Notes: a model not told the origin generated them from the letters alone. A DNA stretch of 64,000 bases from Massalongia carnosa (GCA_965645245.1 OZ287076.1:1550001-1614000), one strand, 5' to 3'. Counted from the stretch's first letter, positions 1-12,853 are shown. Translations and numbers: made by a program.

Positions 1-4
1 CATA

Positions 5-2367
5 ATCGTCGGCTAGTCTCTCGCTTACCTCGGCCGACTCGAGGGGTTCGCCTCTGGTCGGGGAAAGCAAAGTTCGGCGGAAAGCAAAGCTCGTCTTTTC
101 AACTTTTACACGCAAAAAATCAATCAAATAACGATGGGAATTTTTTTCTACAAAGATCAAGCATGAAAAATTTTATAATAGTAGTTATACTAATAATAAT
201 CCAACTGCTCCTGAACATCATCCTCGTCGCTGTCGTCGACATCGTCGCCTACTTCCTCTTCTATTTCAAAGGCAACGAAGTCTTTTTGTAGACGAATAGA
301 ATCACCTTCACCTATAAATCGTAGGTTTTGATCACCTACAGTATCCATGATAAAGATAGTCTCTATCTCTTCCTATTCATCATTGAATATATGAGTATCT
401 TTTACTCCTTTCTTCGTCTTTTTTTGGTCTCTTCCGTCTGCCAAGTAATGTCGCTCGCCTTCCAAATAGCCTCAGGATCATCAATAGGATTCAACATTTC
501 ATCTGATATGCTAACTCCCTGTTTTGCGAGGTCTTTAACATGTTTTATTCTGATCTTTTCATTCTTTCGAGCGATAACACCTTCCGCGTGTACACTATCT
601 CTTTTCATTCGCCATATTCTCATGAAGTTGTTGTGTTCTCGTTTCTTTTTTATCTGCTCATCTTTTTGCTGTCTTTCAGCAATTGCTCGTTGCGCATCCT
701 CCTTCGTGAGTCCTAATCCTCCGTCTGTCGAGTAATTAGGTCTTAATCACTTGCGAGAAGTTGCTCTTTATAGTAATTCATTGCTTCTTTGCTCATGATG
801 AAGTGATAATCCGAAGTTCGTAAGCGTCGATTTGGCAACAACTTCCTTCGTATTACTCACGAATTCCTCTAACTCCTGTTCCCGGACTGGATCACTCCAT
901 TGTGTATTATCGCGAATTTTGGGTAGCCATTCAAGTGATCCTCTTTCAACATCATCAAACGTTTTAGGTTGAATTCGTGGCAATGTTGGGAGAGATGATG
1001 TTGAAAAAGAAGAAGAATTATTCTCACTTTGCGAAGGTACAAACCCCTTTAGCTGTTCAGTGCATTTCTTCTCATTAATAGGCCACATTCCAGATTTTTC
1101 AAAGGCAGATTGAATAGTGGATTTCTTGAATGTGTTATCTCGTATTTTAGTGAGATCTTGACAAAATCGAGTTATTGTATACTCTACATTGAACTCCGCA
1201 ATCGCATCTTGAATGGCCACATCATGCCAATGTTTATAAGGTTGAAACACTCCTACATCAAGCGGTTGCATACAATGCGTCAAGTGTGGTATCAAAGGAT
1301 AAGGACGAATCCAGTTTTCATTGGCAAGCTTGATGAATTCAGGAGTAACATGACTACCGTGATTATCCATGAGCATCAACTTCCAATCACTCTCAGATCC
1401 TGCCTCAGAATTTTCAATGTAATGTTGCAGATATGCAATCGCTATTTTATCCGATGTGAATCTATTTTCTGACGAAACAATTCGAGTTCCTTTAGGCAGT
1501 TCGTCTGCAAACCAATTGCTCATCATATCATGACCTTGTATGATAAGTAAAGGAGGTGGCGGATAATCACCGGCTGGCGTTTATATTCTCGAAATGGTGA
1601 TAGATTTTCTATTCTCAGGACTAATAGAATAATACTCCTTTACGTCTGTTGGAACCAAATTTTCATGTCCCTTCATGCAGCCAACTCGAAAACCAGCCTC
1701 ATCAAAATTGATGATATTTCGTTTATTCTTGATATTCAGCTCTCGAAGAACCACCCGATAATCAGCGAACCCTGCTTCAACGTCCTTCACTTATCCCGCC
1801 GTATAGCGAACGACTGCTAGCGGTTTAGTCTTAATCTTATGTAAATGGTTAGATTTCCACCATGTTCTAAACCATCGCTTAGTAGGACCTTTATAATCAG
1901 CATTCTGACTTCGCTTCAGACTCTTGATCGCGTTGAATATCAGTTCATGCGTCGGTTGAACACCATATGTAAGTAACGAACTCATGTATTGCTTTAATCT
2001 GATGCTTCTCCAATATCTTATTATGCCCTCCTCTCTTCTCGACTTCATTCGACGCGCTGTTTTGAGCAAGTGAACTTTGTAAAGTGGTACGAGAAATGTC
2101 AAATATGCGAGCAGCGCATATCTTGCTTTCAAGTGGATTTTCTATTAGAAACTGCTTAGCATCATTCAGACGCGTGACAGTATCATTACAATTCATGATT
2201 ATGATGATCATCAATAATGAAATAGTTGATGTAGTCAAATGCGTCGTGTTGATGGAATGGAAATAAAATTGCGAAAAGACGAACTTTGCTTTCCGCCGAA
2301 CTTTGTTTCCCCGACTAGAGGCGAACGCCTCGAATCGGCCGAGGTAAGCGAGAGACTAGCCGACGAT
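5..2367 (-). mobile_element. pogo/Fot1-type (Tc1/mariner superfamily) DNA transposon, full length, transposase decayed
   Basis: ~96-bp TIRs at 5-100 and 2273-2367 (4 substitutions and 1 indel by eye), flanked by TA at 3-4 and 2368-2369. Minus-strand ORF pieces carry pogo DDE motifs INFDEAGF, LMDNHGSH and THCMQPLDVGVFQPYK. Confidence 0.95.
402..2238 (-). pseudogene. pogo-type transposase (HTH + DDE), split by stops and frameshifts
   Basis: Consecutive fragments 2238-1945, 2132-1791, 1790-1581, 1526-768 and 623-402, with in-frame TAA at 1791-1793 and 1581-1583. Confidence 0.9.
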
Positions 2368-2701
2368 TAACACTTTTCCAGTTTTGGTGGACGTTTGCCT
2401 TGCCTATTAAGCGATGACTGATGCATTAAACATCACGTGATAATATTTATGCACTGATTGGCCAGAACGGATCCAGTTCCGCACCGTAGTGGGAAAAAGA
2501 CGTCAAACCTTTTCTCAAACGGAGAAACGGGAAGAGACCAAGAGATAACCAAAACCACCTTTCGGTCCCACGAATTCTAGCATATTCCTTACCAGCTTTT
2601 GAAAAGCTCGAATTCACGTCACGAAAAGTGGGTAGGATTAGTTATTTCCTTGGGTGGTGGTGGCGTTGTTTGTGTGCTCCAGATTTCAGTTCCTTCTGAG
2701 C

Positions 2702-3355
2702 ATGTCTATGACCTCCTTCAAAGGGGATACTGCATTTCAGGCAAGATCGTTGGTAAGCGTAGATAGCGGGAAAATCCAACTCGACGTCCTCCTAAACGTA
2801 TATCTCTTGGCGCTCGTTCAGTGTACGCTAATCCGGTCAACCAGTTTCGCTCCCTTCTGAGACAGTCCAGCCAGTTTGCATCATACAATTTCAGAGAGTA
2901 CGCTAAGCGAAGAACGAAAGACGCTTTTAGAGAGCACCAACAGGTGAAGGACGATAGGGAGATACAGGAGATTATACAACGGGGCTTAAAGGAGCTGCAA
3001 GTGATGAAGGTGTGTACTACTGCCAGTCTTTGTTCTCTAAACGGATAGAAGCTACCACGCTTCGTAATTGTTTCCGAATGGTAGATGCAATGAAAAAATT
3101 GTTTTAAAAGCTGAAATGGAAAGGGGTTCATATCAATTTGATGCTAACCTTTTTCGCAGAGGCAAACCGTCGTCAGTCAATTTTTCCAGTTGGACCGTTT
3201 GGTAGTTGAAGGGCAGAGAACAGTAAGTTTCTCTTCATCCTGACCTGGTCTCAAGCCTACGTTCAAGCTGATAATATCGATTTTCAATCTTCAAGGGCAA
3301 ACAGACTGGAGCCAGAGGTGATATAGTTCGACAAGCGGCGGAAGGAAGTAGTTGA
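2702..3355 (+). CDS. ISD11: LYR-motif protein Isd11 (Nfs1 partner, Fe-S cluster assembly), 4 exons
   Basis: Spliced reading [48 protein letters not shown]...[24 protein letters not shown], with canonical introns. The last exon and stop are less certain. Confidence 0.9.
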
Positions 3356-4461
3356 TCATCTCAAACTAAAATTATCTTGGCAAATGTATCTTCGAAGCCT
3401 GAAATCTGGCCCCCTTTCCAGCTCTGTGATTTCTAAATGGCTTCGCACACCACGCGCCGCCCCCTTTCTCTACCCACTCTCTATCTCCAGGATTACCGGC
3501 TCCTGTACATAGTCATGTGCAAAGTTTGCTGTATCGCAAGGAATTTTAAGTCTGATACCATTCTAACGGAATCGCATAAAACGAACCGTCCTACATTAGG
3601 TGCTCATGTTAGTTTTAGTTGTCTGGGCAGACACGAGTTCCAAGCTAATACTTGTAGCTATCGACTAATATTTCTCTCAGGTCGGCTCCTTTTCCAAAAC
3701 GCAGTTTACATGTTATGAGCGAGCGAATGTTGGTTATTGCTGTCTTGCAACAGGATCACCATTCAACAAGTCTGACCGAAATCGGCTGTTGAACTCGATT
3801 TTCATTTTTTGAGGTTTTGGTCCAGCGATGGGAACCCGAACCGCTGGCAGGCGTCCCTGGCAAAGCTTCGGCTCGCCTTATTGGACTTAAGAGGTGTCTC
3901 TCCGGGTATTGGGACTGCGGAATGACCGTTTACTTACCTTAAAAGAATCATATCATAGCGGAGAACTTCTTGAGATTTTAATAGATCGCTTTCCCCATCA
4001 TGAGCCCTGCATTGCGTGAGCTCAACTCACGCATTAGACTTTTAACTTTTCCCTCTTTAGATAATTATATTAAAAGCATATAACTCAAGCTTTGGATGAG
4101 TAAGCAGTTCCCCGCAAAAGTTGGACTCAGCCAATGAATAAACCTTTCCTCCGTCCGTCTCTTGGCGCCATTGACCACCTCACATCACAGAGTACTTTTG
4201 TTAGCACACTACTGACCCGCAGCAACAAGTCGCCAATACCATTGAAGCCCTCCTTCCACCCCCACCATCGGGTACCTGTGAACTGACTAATTGCTCTGTA
4301 CCGAATATTGACCCCGCTTCGCTATCTCTCCCTCCAAGCACTGACACGTGAGGTGCATATCGTATACATTTCTCACGGAAAGCTCGATCAACAGCTTTGC
4401 TATATAGCTCTGGTCCTCGCTGCTGTCATCATACTACCCACCAAACTGAGCATATAGCAGT

Positions 4462-5644
4462 ATGCTTACTCGACGTCTTTGTTCCAGTCTGCAGCACCCA
4501 TCATCCCTTCTCCGAGCCTTCAGCACATCAGCCACCCTCAAAAGATCCCCCTCGTTAGCAGACATCACCCCCAATGGTGCGCCTGTATTCGACTCGCGTC
4601 AAGTCACGTTTCGAGAGCAACTGAAAGAAGTCCAAAGAGAAAAGGAAAAGCAAGATAGTCAGTCCGTTACTGCTTCTAAATCTCCTGTTTCGCGTCCCTC
4701 TGCTTTTTCGGGAAGCGCTCCCACTGCTCCTAAGGAGAGCAATGCGAGTGCCGCCCATGGCTCTCGCGATGAACTGGCCCTTGGCTCACTCTCAACACAT
4801 GATGCAGGGGCAGCGCGCGAATCCTCCCACAAGCAAGAAAGCACCAAACGAAAAGGGGCATTGTCGTCTCTGATATATGGCACCAATGAAGGGCGACAGA
4901 TGGATCAAGAAATCGAGAAATCATTCTCACAAGTGCTGGCGAGAGGAAAATACGTGCATTCGATCGTGTTCCATTCGGTCAAACCCGACAAGGTCGATGA
5001 GTATGTAGATCTTGTGGGAGGATGGTATCCTCGTATGGCGAATATCAAGGGGAACCATGTCAATCTTGTCGGAAGCTGGAGGACCGAAGTTGGAGATTGT
5101 GATACATTTGGTAACTTAACACGAAGCCAAGCGATTTGCAAATGCTAACTGTGGTATAGTACATATTTGGGAGTATCAACGCTACCAAGGTTACCATGCT
5201 TCATTGCACTCCATTGCCTCGCATCCAGACTTCGCCGAGTTTGACAAGAAACTCAAGACCTTGATCACCCAAAAGAACACTTCTCTCATGCAAGAATTCT
5301 CGTTCTGGCCCACTACTCCGCCGCGTCAGCTAGGAGGTTTGTTCGAACTTCGCTCGTACACGTTACACCCAGGGAACCTTCTTGAATGGGAGACACACTG
5401 GCGACGAGGACTCAAGGCAAGGAGAGAGGTCATGGAAGGCGTTGGTGCGTGGTTTGTGCAGATTGGAGATTTAAATACGGTGCATCATCTTTGGCAATTT
5501 GCCGATTTGGAGGAACGGAAGGCACGGAGAGAAATGAGCTGGGGGGTTGAGGGTTGGGGTGAGACGGTCCACAAGACGGTGCCCTTGATTGAAAAGATGA
5601 AGAGCCGGATACTGATACCAATGCCATGGAGTCCGGTCGCTTAG
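4462..5644 (+). CDS. NIPSNAP family protein (mitochondrial), 1 intron ~5111-5159
   Basis: Motifs LVGSWRTEVGDCDTFVHIWEY, FELRSYTLHPGNLLEW and GAWFVQIGDLNTVHHLWQF; N-terminus resembles a mitochondrial presequence. Confidence 0.92.
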
Positions 5645-6158
5645 GGGATCGAAGTACCTCTTGTTTCTTAATTTCGGCAACGGGTTTCCCTAGTTAGCGA
5701 TTCATTGTTCGTTTCTAGGTGGTTTTTCTCGGCCTTTTATTCCTGTTTCAGGCTTTGTATACATATAGTAGCATCCCTTTGACGACAGGGGAAAGGGGCT
5801 GCAAAGGGAAGGGAGCTTTCATTCGTGTCTTGGCGAAAGACTTTTAGGGTGACAGACTCGGCCAAATTCGTTAGCGAATGATAGACTACAAGAAATTAAT
5901 GTAGTACGGGCGGTAGCGTTCTTGTATCTATGTCTTGTGCCATGAATCTATGAAATAATCAAAACGTCAAATGAATTAAGCGCTGAAGCGTTAACTTAAG
6001 TAAAGTTATATAATAGGAGTTTGTGCAGCTGACTCAGCTATCCCAAACGGAAGATATTAATACCGACCCATAGGTTTAACAAATGTTTACGAATACACAA
6101 CATCTGCTTCTCTATAATATTTGAACTAACTTGCTGTCTTTTCCTTGTACTTCTTAAC

Positions 6159-7831
6159 ATGGCCGACGGAAGGATTCTGAAGCCTGAAAAGGACTTTACT
6201 AAAGAAGCGGACAAGCAGATACCCGAAGCTCAAGAGCTTGCTAAAGTAATTTACTTGGTCATATTCCTGATCTATCGCTGATCGTTTTTCTTAAGAACAG
6301 TGTGCAAGCGGCAATCGAGAAGCTCTCAGCCCTTGAGAAAGCTACCCGACAAGTGAGCATTTGTTTCGGAGGCTGGAAGTGGATGATTTGCTGAACATGG
6401 CCGGTTAGGCTTCAGATCTCGCGTCCTCTTCGAGGCTTCTAGTCGCCATCGTCACGATATGTAAGAACTCAGGAGACTGGGATCTGTTGAATGAGCAGGT
6501 CTTGCTCCTATCGAAAAAGCATGGCCAGCTCAAGCAAGCTACGACGAAGATGGTGCAAGTGGTCATGTCGTTCATCGAGGAAGCTCCGAATGCGGCGAAG
6601 AAGCTTTCGGTAGTAGAAACGCTGCGGACGGTGACTGAGGGCAAGGTATTGAGTGCGAAAGCTCCGGTCTGAACGTGTGGCTAATGTATGAGGGTAGATA
6701 TTTGTCGAGGTGGAAAGGGCCCGAGTCACTCGCATACTATCTAATATGAAGAAAGAGCAGGGCGATCTCAATGCGGCGGCAGACATTCTTTGTGAACTGC
6801 AGGTCGAAACGTTTGGCTCGATGGAGCGAAGAGAGAAGACTGAATTCATCCTTGAACAAGTGTCTTTGTGCATAGAAAAGGGGGACTGGACACAGGCCGG
6901 CATATTGAGCCGGAAGATTAGTACAAAGTATTTCGCCCGAAAACCGAAGAGAACCCCCGAACAGATAGAAAAGGAGAAGAAGGACCGGGAACAGAAGGAA
7001 AAGAATCGAGGGGCGGATGATCCGCCGTTGGAGAAGGAGGACGACGTAACGGACTTGAAGTTACGGTACTACGAACAGCAGATTACGCTTGCAAAACAGG
7101 ACGACAAGTACTTGGATGCTTGCAAACACTACCGACAAGTGCTGGACACCGAGTCCGTAGAGGAAAATCCAGAGCAGCTGCGGGCTGTAAGTTTGGGCTA
7201 TCGCTGCTTTATATTCTCTAAACTTTTACAGGTCCTCCAAAGAGTAATTTATTACATTATCCTTGCCCCTTACGATAACGAGCAATCCGATCTCCTCCAC
7301 CGCATCCACTCCGACACCCGCAATACCCTGATCCCTTCCGAAGCCCAATTGCTGAAACTGTTCACCATTCCCGAACTCATGCGCTGGCCTATTGTTTCCG
7401 AAAAATTCGGGCCGCATCTCTGCACCACCGACGTCTTTTCCGCCTCCCCTTCCACCACCGACCCCAAAGCTCACATCCGGTGGCAAGACCTGCGGAAACG
7501 TGTCATCGAGCACAACGTGCGCGTTGTAGCTAGATACTACACCCGGATCCAAATGGGCCGCCTCACGCAACTGCTCGACCTCGACGAGGACGAAACCGAA
7601 TCCTACATCAGCCAGCTCGTGACGGCGAAGACGGTGTACGCCAAAATCGACCGCCCCGCGCGGGTGGTGAGTTTCGCCAAGACGCGCGATGCGGACGAGG
7701 TGTTGAACGAGTGGAGCGGCAGCATGAAGGGTCTGCTAGGCTTGCTGGAGCGTATCGATCATTTGATCACGAAGGAGGAGATGATGGCGAGGATTCAGCC
7801 CGTGGGGGGAAAGGAGGTCAAGGCGCATTGA
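6159..7831 (+). CDS. RPN5: 26S proteasome lid subunit Rpn5 (PCI domain), multi-exon
   Basis: LLSKKHGQLKQA, LRTVTEGKIFVEVERARVT, ELQVETFGSM and LRKRVIEHNVRVVARYYTRI; canonical introns. Confidence 0.95.
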
Positions 7832-9024
7832 TGGTTACATAGAGAAGGACTGCCTTGGTTGTTTTCCTGACAGAATCAATCGCTGCATGTCCTCTTCCAC
7901 CAGCCGGAAAGGGTTGCCGTGATTTTGACAACTTCACCAGACCCTTGCGCCAAGTCTTTCTCCTCCAAAGCCTTGAACTAGGTAGGATTATAAAGTTGCC
8001 TGATGATTGACCGATTCTACACGATCAACTACCCCTCAACGATATCGCGCCCTAGAAGTGGTTCGGATTCCGCTACATATGTACTTTTTTTGAAAGACTC
8101 CTTCTTGACGAATAGCCTGCCCTCCCAAAGACTCTTTCTCCTTCTCCTCCTTTTTCTCCTGCTCCTCCTTCTTCTTAGTAACTAGCAACTACAGAGTACT
8201 CATAGAGAAAAAAAAAGCGAAGCACCATTCGTTCGTTCGTTCGCTTGGTTTGCTTGTATCCATCATTATCAATACCATTATCACTACCATTAAATAAGCT
8301 CACCCATCCAAAAAAAAACCACCACCCATCCATCTTCCTCCCTATCTAGTCACCTTGTGCTTTTCCTTTTCTTTGCGCTAAATACATAACTAGCGAAGAC
8401 AAAACCGTCTGCAAACCGACAGAGAATCGAGATCGGGACATTTGCCCGATGTTGTTTTTATATGTTAACTCGTTTTGGAGTACCTAGTTAAGTTAGTTAA
8501 GTTAATGTTGTCTCTCTCTCTCTGTGCGTGTGTGGGTGCTTTTTCATGGGGCGATGCCCTATCGCGAATCCAGTACCTCTGTATACTGAATGGAGTTTTG
8601 TTTATCCTCCTTCCTTCTCCGATATTGTTGGTTGGTTGGTTGGCTTTTGCTTTTGCTTTTGCAAGGAGGAAAAGGGAAAATAGGTAGAGTGGTGATTTAT
8701 GGTTTGGTACGAGATTTTTTTTGGTACCGATTGTGATGATGGCGCAGAAAGGGACGGAGAGAGGGAGGGAAGGGAGGGGGTGAGGGGTGGGGTTTGCTGA
8801 CCGAGGAAGGAGGGAAGGATTGGCGGATAGGTATGTACGGTAGGGTAGGTATGGATCGGTAGGAGATGGAAAGGGTGATTTCAGCGCTTTTTGAGACTTC
8901 CCTTCCCCTATTCGACGCCCTCCGCTTGCTTGGTACTTTTTTGGCTGTAGAATCTATCTATCTAGGTAACACAATATACCTAAAACAAAGCTTGTCGACC
9001 AAGCTAACCAACCCCCCAACCGAA

Positions 9025-9999
9025 CTAACTAATTTCCCCTCCTCCCCCCCCTCTTCGTCGCCGCTCCGTTCCCCTCCCCCGAAAAACCACCCTCTCCTCC
9101 GCTTCCCTCGCCTCCTCCCAGCAGCCGCCGCAAAACCGCAATTCCCCGCCCTCGTTCTCCACCGTTGCAGGCATTTCGCTGCACAGCGTGCACAGGGGCC
9201 ACTTGAAGGTTCGGGAGCTGAGCGCGCGTGGTGAGCTTAAACATGGTTGGGTGGGAGTTGGGGAGCGATGCTGGAGGCGGTGGGAAGAGGGAGGCTGGGC
9301 GGTGATGGGAGAGCGGGGTCGTGGAAGAGGTGGCGGGGAATAGGAGAATGAGCGCCGGATGGGAGATGATGGGGTGGCGTAGTGGTCAGTAGCGGCGAAG
9401 TGCACGCGGCGATCAGGCCGATGGACAGGTGGGGGCGGGCGTGGTAGAGGAGGCGTGGATGGCGATTCCTGCTGGATGTGAAAACGACGGCGTGATCGGT
9501 TTCGGGTGTAGGTTGTAGATTGCGTGTCTAAGGGCTGTTTGGCGGGTACGGGTGGTGGAAGGGGGTAGTCGTCGTCGTCAACGACGTTCGATATATGAGC
9601 TTTTCGAGCGCTTCTTGAAGGAGGTTGATGGCTTCGCCTTGGTGGCGTTGCCTGACGAGGATTGTAGGGCTCAAAGCTATCCCGGCGGTGGGATGACTCG
9701 AACGTGTTGAAGACACTTGGAAGGGATGGATTGGTTGGAGAGAGATGTGGTGATTGCGGCGCATTGGATGTTGAGTAAGGGTTTTCAAATGATCCTAAAG
9801 GGGCGGTGGGATCCACTTTGTGAACATAGATGAGCGGAGATTGTGATCCTGGGGGTTGGTCGGCCCTGGAACGATTTAAGTGTGATTGTTGAGGTGGAGT
9901 TGGGGTTACGATAAGGTAGCCTGTGAAGGGAAAGACAGAAGAACCCGCGTGGAAAATCAGAGGTTCGGGCTCCCAGGTAAAAGAGGGTATACTTGACAT
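9025..9999 (-). CDS. Pro/Ser-rich hypothetical protein with C-terminal CxxC-x16-CxxC motif
   Basis: Open frame of 324 residues from ATG 9999 (MSSIPSF) containing CTLC...FCGGCW. Low complexity, so the ORF could be partly spurious. Confidence 0.5.
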   Translation of the reverse strand: MSSIPSFTWEPEPLIFHAGSSVFPFTGYLIVTPTPPQQSHLNRSRADQPPGSQSPLIYVHKVDPTAPLGSFENPYSTSNAPQSPHLSPTNPSLPSVFNTFESSHRRDSFEPYNPRQATPPRRSHQPPSRSARKAHISNVVDDDDYPLPPPVPAKQPLDTQSTTYTRNRSRRRFHIQQESPSTPPLPRPPPPVHRPDRRVHFAATDHYATPSSPIRRSFSYSPPPLPRPRSPITAQPPSSHRLQHRSPTPTQPCLSSPRALSSRTFKWPLCTLCSEMPATVENEGGELRFCGGCWEEAREAEERVVFRGRGTERRRRGGGGGEIS

Positions 10000-10318
10000 C
10001 CCTCTACAATCCTTCTTAGGTGACGGTAGGGAGATTCTTGAGAATAGCGTATAAAAGCAAATGTTGATCAATTGCTGAATGTCTAAAGGTAGTGGCAGAA
10101 AAGAAGGTCACCGTGTGGGAAACTTATCATCAGCTGCTTCACTTAATCCGCAACTGTGAATGTTTCTCAATAGCTCCATGCCTTTTTTTTTTTAAGAACC
10201 AATCACCTGAATTAGAACTGAACTCTACTTTGAAAGGCCATCTTTGATATGTTGCTGTGTAAGCTAGAGCAGTTCAACGTTAATTCCTTTAGCCACATAG
10301 CATAACTTATTGCTCTGA

Positions 10319-12853
10319 TTAAGAGTCGTCATCATCAAAGTGCCCTTTTCGCATCTTTGGTTTTCTTCCCTTTTTAGCCTGCTTCTCAAACTTGGGCTTG
10401 GGATCTGACGGCTGCCGTATGTCGTCCTTGCCAGCCTCGAACACACTTTTGCCCCCGGCCTTGGAGTTTTTCGTTCCTATACGCACGTTTCGAGCAGTTC
10501 TTGTCTTTGCACCGAGCGCCCACAAGTCCCCCCATCGCGACTTGCGCGCGTCTCGGTATGCCTGTCTGCTGAAAGACTTCGGTACAACCCATCGCTCTAT
10601 TTGGCCTTGAGGTGTGCAAAGGTCGAGAGTCACATGTCCTCTCCTCTTCAACGGCGGCAGTATAGCGCGCGGAAGACTCAGCGCGCTGAAAGCTGGAGAC
10701 TGTTTGTCGATCGTTCCCGAAGGCTCAGCTGACGAATCAACATCTTCATACTCCTCGGCCTCATACCCTTCGAATGCGGCATCCGCCGCTACTTTCCCCT
10801 GAAGAATCCCTTGGGTTTGACGCTGATCGATGCCTCGCTGCACAGCGATGTAACTAAACTGAAGGTCCTCATGGTTCCGGTCTCTGGCTCCAAGAATTCG
10901 CTGGAGAAAGTGTGGACGAACGAAGCGTTGCGAAAAGTGGCAGTGATCTTTCCTCCCTGAGCTTTTTCCCGAGGTGAGATACATAGGGCATTTGAGATGA
11001 TTTGTACAGGGTGCGATGATCATCCCAACTTCCTTTTCCCTAAAGCGTGTCTGAAACGGTTCTTCCACTCGATTCTCCGCCTTTTCCGAGCCTTGGGATG
11101 CAATATGGTGCTTTAGTAACACCTCACGTGCACCAGCAACGAATTCGAAGCCCCTGGGCACACCTTTCTCAACGATAAGAAGTACGCCGCCTTTCGGGTC
11201 CAGCAAGGACCAGAAGTTCTGCACCTGGCTCTTCCGCATATAATCTTCCTTTAACGACCACAAGGTATGAGGTGCTATGATTATATCGTACTGTTTTCTA
11301 GGAGTTGCAGACTTATTCTCTACAGACGGGTGATCATACTGCGGATTGTAGTCTGGCAAACGAGGTATAAATGTGGTATTACCCAGCACCTGGCTCATGC
11401 GGTTGCGTAGAGCACCTGATCCAACGACTACAATTGATTTCCCGAAAGGGACGGGCTTCTCAGGTGGTACACCATCGGGGTGCAGGAGCTCCCATTCAGT
11501 CCGCAAAAGATTTCGCCATGCAAGCACGCTAGCACCAGCTCCCCCGGCATCAAGAATACGAGGACCACCATCTTTCTTCAGTAGGTCTTTAAGCCATTCC
11601 GATCCGATGCGTTTACGGATTTCAACGAGACAGCTCGTCACTGCTGCATAGATACCAGGTGTGATGGCAGCCAAATACGAATTTGCTTCCATTTCGCTCA
11701 TTCTAAAGTGCGATGCTTCAAGCGCAATTGGCTGCTGTTTTAGATGGCCTTTCGTATTTGGCGTAGCCGTAGAGTTAGGCAGATGGGCCCCACCAAAGCT
11801 TTCTCGAGCTACCTCAGCCAGATGTTTATTAGAGGCTTTGGCTAATAATTCAGTGATTGGATCCACAACCGAATCCTTGTGAATATGAAGAGTAGCAGGG
11901 GAGGTTTTGAATTTGCCAGCAGCGGTGAGAGGATGCGTTCTTACATCATCATTGTCTTCGTGTGCACTCTCAGATTCTTCGCTAAATGAAACATCGTCTT
12001 CGTCTAAATCCTGATCAAGCTCTTCTTGCGCCGTGTCCTCGTACTCTTCCACGACCCCTTCAGCGTTTTCAGTTTCGTCAACTTTATTGGACTCGATCTC
12101 AGCAAGCTCGGCTGCTTGGCGCGCTTTGACCATATCTCTATAAAGCATAATACGGGCGTCAAAGTCATCTGCTACTCCCTTTCCTTGGACCTCCCTCTCC
12201 TCTGTTGGTGCGCCTTCGATGTCTTCTGACTCCTCAAATTCTTCTGCTTTTGATGCTGCTATTTCTTCCTCATTCACGTCAGAAGTCTCATACTCCGCGC
12301 GATATTCTGCTTCTTCCTCTAGAGGTCTTTTTTGATAGTATTCCACCTCCTCTAGATTACTATCCTCATCCTCTTGGAGAAGGGCATCATTTTCATTTTC
12401 TTCCGCTCCATCCTCCTCCACCATTTGTAGCAGCCTCACATCTTCAGGTCTAGTTTCGCTTATCGGTGGGCCATATAGCCTTTCATATATCCCGTATTCT
12501 TCAGTGGAGAGAAAATCTTTGGGAAGGGTTTCCCCAAATGTCTGCCTCGCTTGAAGCGCAACAGCCTCCAAGTCTGCAAGAGACTTTTTCGGACCATGCT
12601 GGTGGCCCTCGGCAGGATCCGAAGAACATCGAAAGGCCCTTCCAGCTGTAAACTGTCGTACCGATGGTCTCCTTTGACTTCTGGCACGGGTTAAAATCTC
12701 ACGACTAAATCTAGAGACATTGGGAGTCGGACAAAATCCATTCTTGAACAAGTACAAAAGCTGCGATGAACAGGTATAACAGATTTTCGTTTGAGTTGTT
12801 CGAGAGGCCTGCATGCTAGATATAACACTGTTGGGAGATAGGTATGGTGGCAT
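10319..12853 (-). CDS. RSM22: Mitochondrial small-subunit protein/assembly factor Rsm22 (METTL17 family)
   Basis: 844-aa ORF with ILDAGGAG, IVEKGVPRGF, IIAPCTNHLKCP, CHFSQRFVRP, KRRGHVTLDLC and YRDARKSRWGDLW. Confidence 0.93.
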   Translation of the reverse strand: MPPYLSPNSVISSMQASRTTQTKICYTCSSQLLYLFKNGFCPTPNVSRFSREILTRARSQRRPSVRQFTAGRAFRCSSDPAEGHQHGPKKSLADLEAVALQARQTFGETLPKDFLSTEEYGIYERLYGPPISETRPEDVRLLQMVEEDGAEENENDALLQEDEDSNLEEVEYYQKRPLEEEAEYRAEYETSDVNEEEIAASKAEEFEESEDIEGAPTEEREVQGKGVADDFDARIMLYRDMVKARQAAELAEIESNKVDETENAEGVVEEYEDTAQEELDQDLDEDDVSFSEESESAHEDNDDVRTHPLTAAGKFKTSPATLHIHKDSVVDPITELLAKASNKHLAEVARESFGGAHLPNSTATPNTKGHLKQQPIALEASHFRMSEMEANSYLAAITPGIYAAVTSCLVEIRKRIGSEWLKDLLKKDGGPRILDAGGAGASVLAWRNLLRTEWELLHPDGVPPEKPVPFGKSIVVVGSGALRNRMSQVLGNTTFIPRLPDYNPQYDHPSVENKSATPRKQYDIIIAPHTLWSLKEDYMRKSQVQNFWSLLDPKGGVLLIVEKGVPRGFEFVAGAREVLLKHHIASQGSEKAENRVEEPFQTRFREKEVGMIIAPCTNHLKCPMYLTSGKSSGRKDHCHFSQRFVRPHFLQRILGARDRNHEDLQFSYIAVQRGIDQRQTQGILQGKVAADAAFEGYEAEEYEDVDSSAEPSGTIDKQSPAFSALSLPRAILPPLKRRGHVTLDLCTPQGQIERWVVPKSFSRQAYRDARKSRWGDLWALGAKTRTARNVRIGTKNSKAGGKSVFEAGKDDIRQPSDPKPKFEKQAKKGRKPKMRKGHFDDDDS

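Noticed and set aside
3931..3945. TACTTACCTT as the U1 snRNA 5' end
   Set aside because: No U1 stem-loops or Sm site follow it; it is better read as a minus-strand splice donor.
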